DNA from: an uncultured Acidobacteriota bacterium
GTDB taxonomy: Bacteria > Acidobacteriota > Thermoanaerobaculia > UBA5066
Reading direction: 5' to 3'
DNA length: 64,000 bases
NCBI GenBank assembly: GCA_963779415.1
Contig: CAVZYA010000002.1
Span: forward strand, 800,001 to 864,000
This document shows, in pieces, positions 61,570 to 64,000 of this stretch. The number at the start of each line of letters is the position of its first letter. The first letter of the stretch is position 1. A program made the position numbers and the translations under genes. Below the pieces are notes generated by a model. It searched no databases, had not been told where the DNA came from, and was given only the letters and a program-made list of their open reading frames with translations.

Positions 61570-64000
61570 ATGCGGCGATATCTGGCGGTCTCCCTTCTCT
61601 GTGCGGCCGTCGCGGGGCTCAGTGCACCGCAGGCGGACGCCCAGACCAACCCGACCCTTCTCAGGCTTCCCGGGATGAGGGCGGCCGGGTCGATCTCGCG
61701 GGATACCTACGGGATCCCGTCGATCTGGGCGCTCAACGCGTGGGACCTTTTCTACCTCCAGGGCTATGTCCACGCGAACGACCGTCTCTTCCAGATGGAT
61801 ACCCTCCGCCGGCAGGCCTCCGGAACGCTGGCGGAGCTGCTCGGGCCGGGCGCGCTCGCGAGCGACGTCCAGCTCCGGACGATGGGACTCCGCCGGGCGG
61901 CGATGGGCTCGCTCGCGGCGCTCTCTCCCCAGGCGATGGAGGCGATGGAGGCCTATTCGGCCGGTGTCAACCAGTGGGTCGCCACCCACTCGCTCCCGCC
62001 GGAGTACGCCGCCCTCAGCCTGACGAAGTTCGCTCCGTGGACGCCGCTCGACAGCGTCACCGTCGGCAAGGCGCTCGCCTTCCAGCTCTCGTTCGACCTC
62101 GACACGACTCCAACCATCGCGCTCCTGACGTATCAGGCGGTCGGGAAGGTCGTCGGGTTCGACGGTACGGCTCTCTTCGCCGAGGATCTCTGGCGCTCCT
62201 CGCCGTTCGACCCGTTCACGACGCTCGGCAGCGCCAACACGCCCCGTTCGACCGCTCCGGGGAAGATGGAGTTCACGACCCACCAGGCCGTCGCAGGCGA
62301 AACGGAGGAAGCCCGTGCCGCGGGTCTCGAAGCGCTCTCGAAGGCCGCCGACGACATGCTGGCCAGCGGGACGCTCGATCTCGCGCTCGCGTTCGAGCAG
62401 AAGGCGCGGCAGGTGCCGCTCCTGGTTGACATCCTCGACAACAGGCGTCCCGCCAGCTCGAACGAGTGGGCCGTGGTTCCGGCCCTGACGGCCGACGGCC
62501 AGCCGCTCCTCGCCAACGACCCGCATCTCACGCTCTCGACACCCGCAATCTGGTATCCGATCTCCCTCCGGGGGGGCGGATTCAACGTCGCCGGGAACAG
62601 CTTTGCCGGAGCGCCGTTCGTCATCCACGGCCAGAACGAGAACGTCGCCTGGGGCTCGACCGTCCATCCGATGGACGTGACGGACACGTTCCAGGAGACG
62701 GTCATCCCGGCTCCCGGCTCCCCGGTGGGATACGCGACCGTCTACAAGGGGACGGCGGAGCCCATCATCGCGATCGCCGAGGTGTTCAAGACCAACAACC
62801 CCGGATCGGGGATCAAGGACAACATCACGGTCGTCCCCCCGAGCGGCTCCATCCCCCCGGCCTCGCTCGTGATGCCGCGCCGCGACTACGGTCCGATCAT
62901 CACCCCCGACACCCTCGCCTCCGGCTCGGTTCTCAGCGTCCAGTACACGGGATGGAGCCGGACGCGTGAGCTCGAGGCGTTCATGCGGATCGACCTCGCA
63001 ACGTCGGTGGCGGAAGTGAAAGCCGCCCTCCAATACTTCGACTGCGGCTCGCAGAACTTCGCCGTCATCGACACCTACGGAACCGTCGCGTACCTGACGA
63101 GCGCCGAGCTGCCGATCCGCGAGGACCTCCAGAGCAACACCGTCAACGGGTCCCCCCCTGGCTCATCCGGAACGGCTCGGGCGGAAACGAGTGGCTGTCC
63201 CCTCCCTCCCCGCTTCCCGAGGACCAGGCCGTCCCCCACCAGATTCTTCCGTACGCGGAAATGCCCCAGGCCGTCAACCCGGCCGCGGGGTGGTTCGCCA
63301 ACGGAAACAATGACCCCGTTGGCACGTCGCTCGAGAACAACCCTCTCGGCACGCAGAGGCCGGGCGGGGGCATCTTCTATCTCGACGTCGGCTACGGATA
63401 CGACGGCTTCCGGGGAGGCCGGATCGCGCAGCTGATCAGGCAGAAGATCGCCGCGGGCGTGAAGTTCACGCGGGCCGACTTTGCCCAGATCCAGGCCGAC
63501 AGCGGGATGATCGACGCGCAGGTCTTCGTCCCGTACATCAGGACGGCGTTCGCCGACGCCAACGCCCCCGGAGCCGATCCGACCCTCGCCGCCCTCGGCC
63601 AGGACCCCGCGATCGTCGCGGCGGTGGCACGGCTCGCCGCGTGGGACTTCTCGACGCCGACGGGTCTCAAGGCCGGCTACGACGCGGGGAAGGCGGCGGG
63701 GGTCGACCCGACTCCCGCGCAGGTATCGGCCAGCGTCGCCGCGACCCTCTATGCCGTCTGGAGGAGCGAATTCGTCGCGAACACGATCGACGTCGTCCTG
63801 AACGCCATGCAGCTGCCGATTCCACCGGACTCGACGACCCTGGTGGCTCTCCGGCACCTCCTGGACACCTTCTCGACGGGCGGCGGCGTCGGAGCGTCGG
63901 GCCTCGATTTCTTCAACGTTCCCGGCGTGGCCAATGCCGCCGACCGGCGCGACATCCTGATCCTCAAGAGCGTGGCGGACGGGCTCGGGCTCCTCTCCAG
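61570..64000 (+). CDS. Penicillin acylase family (Ntn hydrolase), frameshifted near 63160 and 63400; runs off right edge
   Basis: RDTYGIP, QGYVHANDRLFQMD, SNEWAV (catalytic Ser), LANDPHL. Confidence 0.9.

Overview
GC-rich bacterial chromosomal window; gene content is compatible with Acidobacteriota, but this is inference only. Many otherwise conserved genes carry single-base frameshifts, which most likely reflects long-read indel error. From left to right: (1) 1-7.1 kb, a minus-strand defence island: type I restriction-modification hsdR-hsdM-hsdS, a translationally coupled HEPN (RxxxxH) gene, and an AbiEi-type antitoxin running off the left edge. (2) 7-16 kb, housekeeping: GyrB/ParE subunit, GH57 branching enzyme, TrmJ, GT-C, NadR/PnuC, M23 peptidase. 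(3) 16-32.5 kb, a sulfur/metal/redox island: a PAS sigma54 activator, and two DUF134-headed operons that each carry the same 22-bp palindromic operator. These bracket an opposite-strand operon of octaheme OTR, cytochrome b, YeeE, YeeE-rhodanese (C-terminal GGC) and cydAB, and are followed by CDF, methyltransferase-DUF6125 and a Ni/Co transporter. (4) 32.6-64 kb, mixed genes: an apparent MeaB-epimerase fusion, GT-C, IS3 remnant, aroF, carA, a Cys-rich secreted protein, LolC/E, deoC-ALDH split from its partner ALDH by a Lon/USP/4Fe-4S/VapBC block, HAD, kinase-REC, redoxin, PKD protein, fcl, ACAD/APH, OmpW and penicillin acylase. Several gene-remnant scars are also present. No rRNA, tRNA or CRISPR array was seen. 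All family calls are by-eye motif recognition; no database searches were run.
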